Source of the DNA: Octopus sinensis
Taxonomy: Eukaryota
DNA length: 64,000 bases
NCBI RefSeq assembly: GCF_006345805.1
Contig: NC_043002.1
Location: 55,056,001 to 55,120,000, forward strand
Direction of reading: 5' to 3'
Shown here: positions 63,921 to 64,000 of the stretch, piece by piece
How the letters are laid out: every line of letters starts with the position of its first letter
Position numbering within the stretch: the first letter of the stretch is position 1
Notes under the pieces: model-generated
Seen by the model: only the letters and a program-made list of their open reading frames with translations
What the model was told of the DNA's origin: nothing
Database searches by the model: none
Position numbers and translations under genes: made by a program

Positions 63921-64000
63921 TATATATACATACATTCGATGCTTTTAAAAAACAATATATATATATATGTGTGTGTGTGTGTAAGTTATATATAATTTGC

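Overview
AT-rich, microsatellite- and SINE-dense animal genomic DNA; the repeat repertoire and intron sizes point to an Octopus/coleoid cephalopod (inference). One multi-exon + strand gene spans almost the whole window: an RREB1/Hindsight(pebbled)-family C2H2 zinc-finger transcription factor. I assembled 15 phase-compatible exons (14318-62707, 4008 nt including stop) plus a probable upstream 50-nt exon, giving 15 fingers and three PxDLS/R motifs. The introns hold tRNA-derived SINEs, RTE/CR1/R4-like LINE remnants, two mariner remnants, hAT-like MITEs, foldbacks and two ~2-kb (TA)n arrays. Most notable: (1) four intronic insertions of a Penelope-like terminal unit that combines a tRNA-like Pol III head with a minimal type I hammerhead ribozyme, arranged as inverted arms, three with 9-12 bp TSDs, with near-intact ribozymes only antisense to the host gene; (2) the gene's last zinc finger is altered at DNA-contact positions and its usual partner finger exon is not found. 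All calls were read by eye; no database searches were run.
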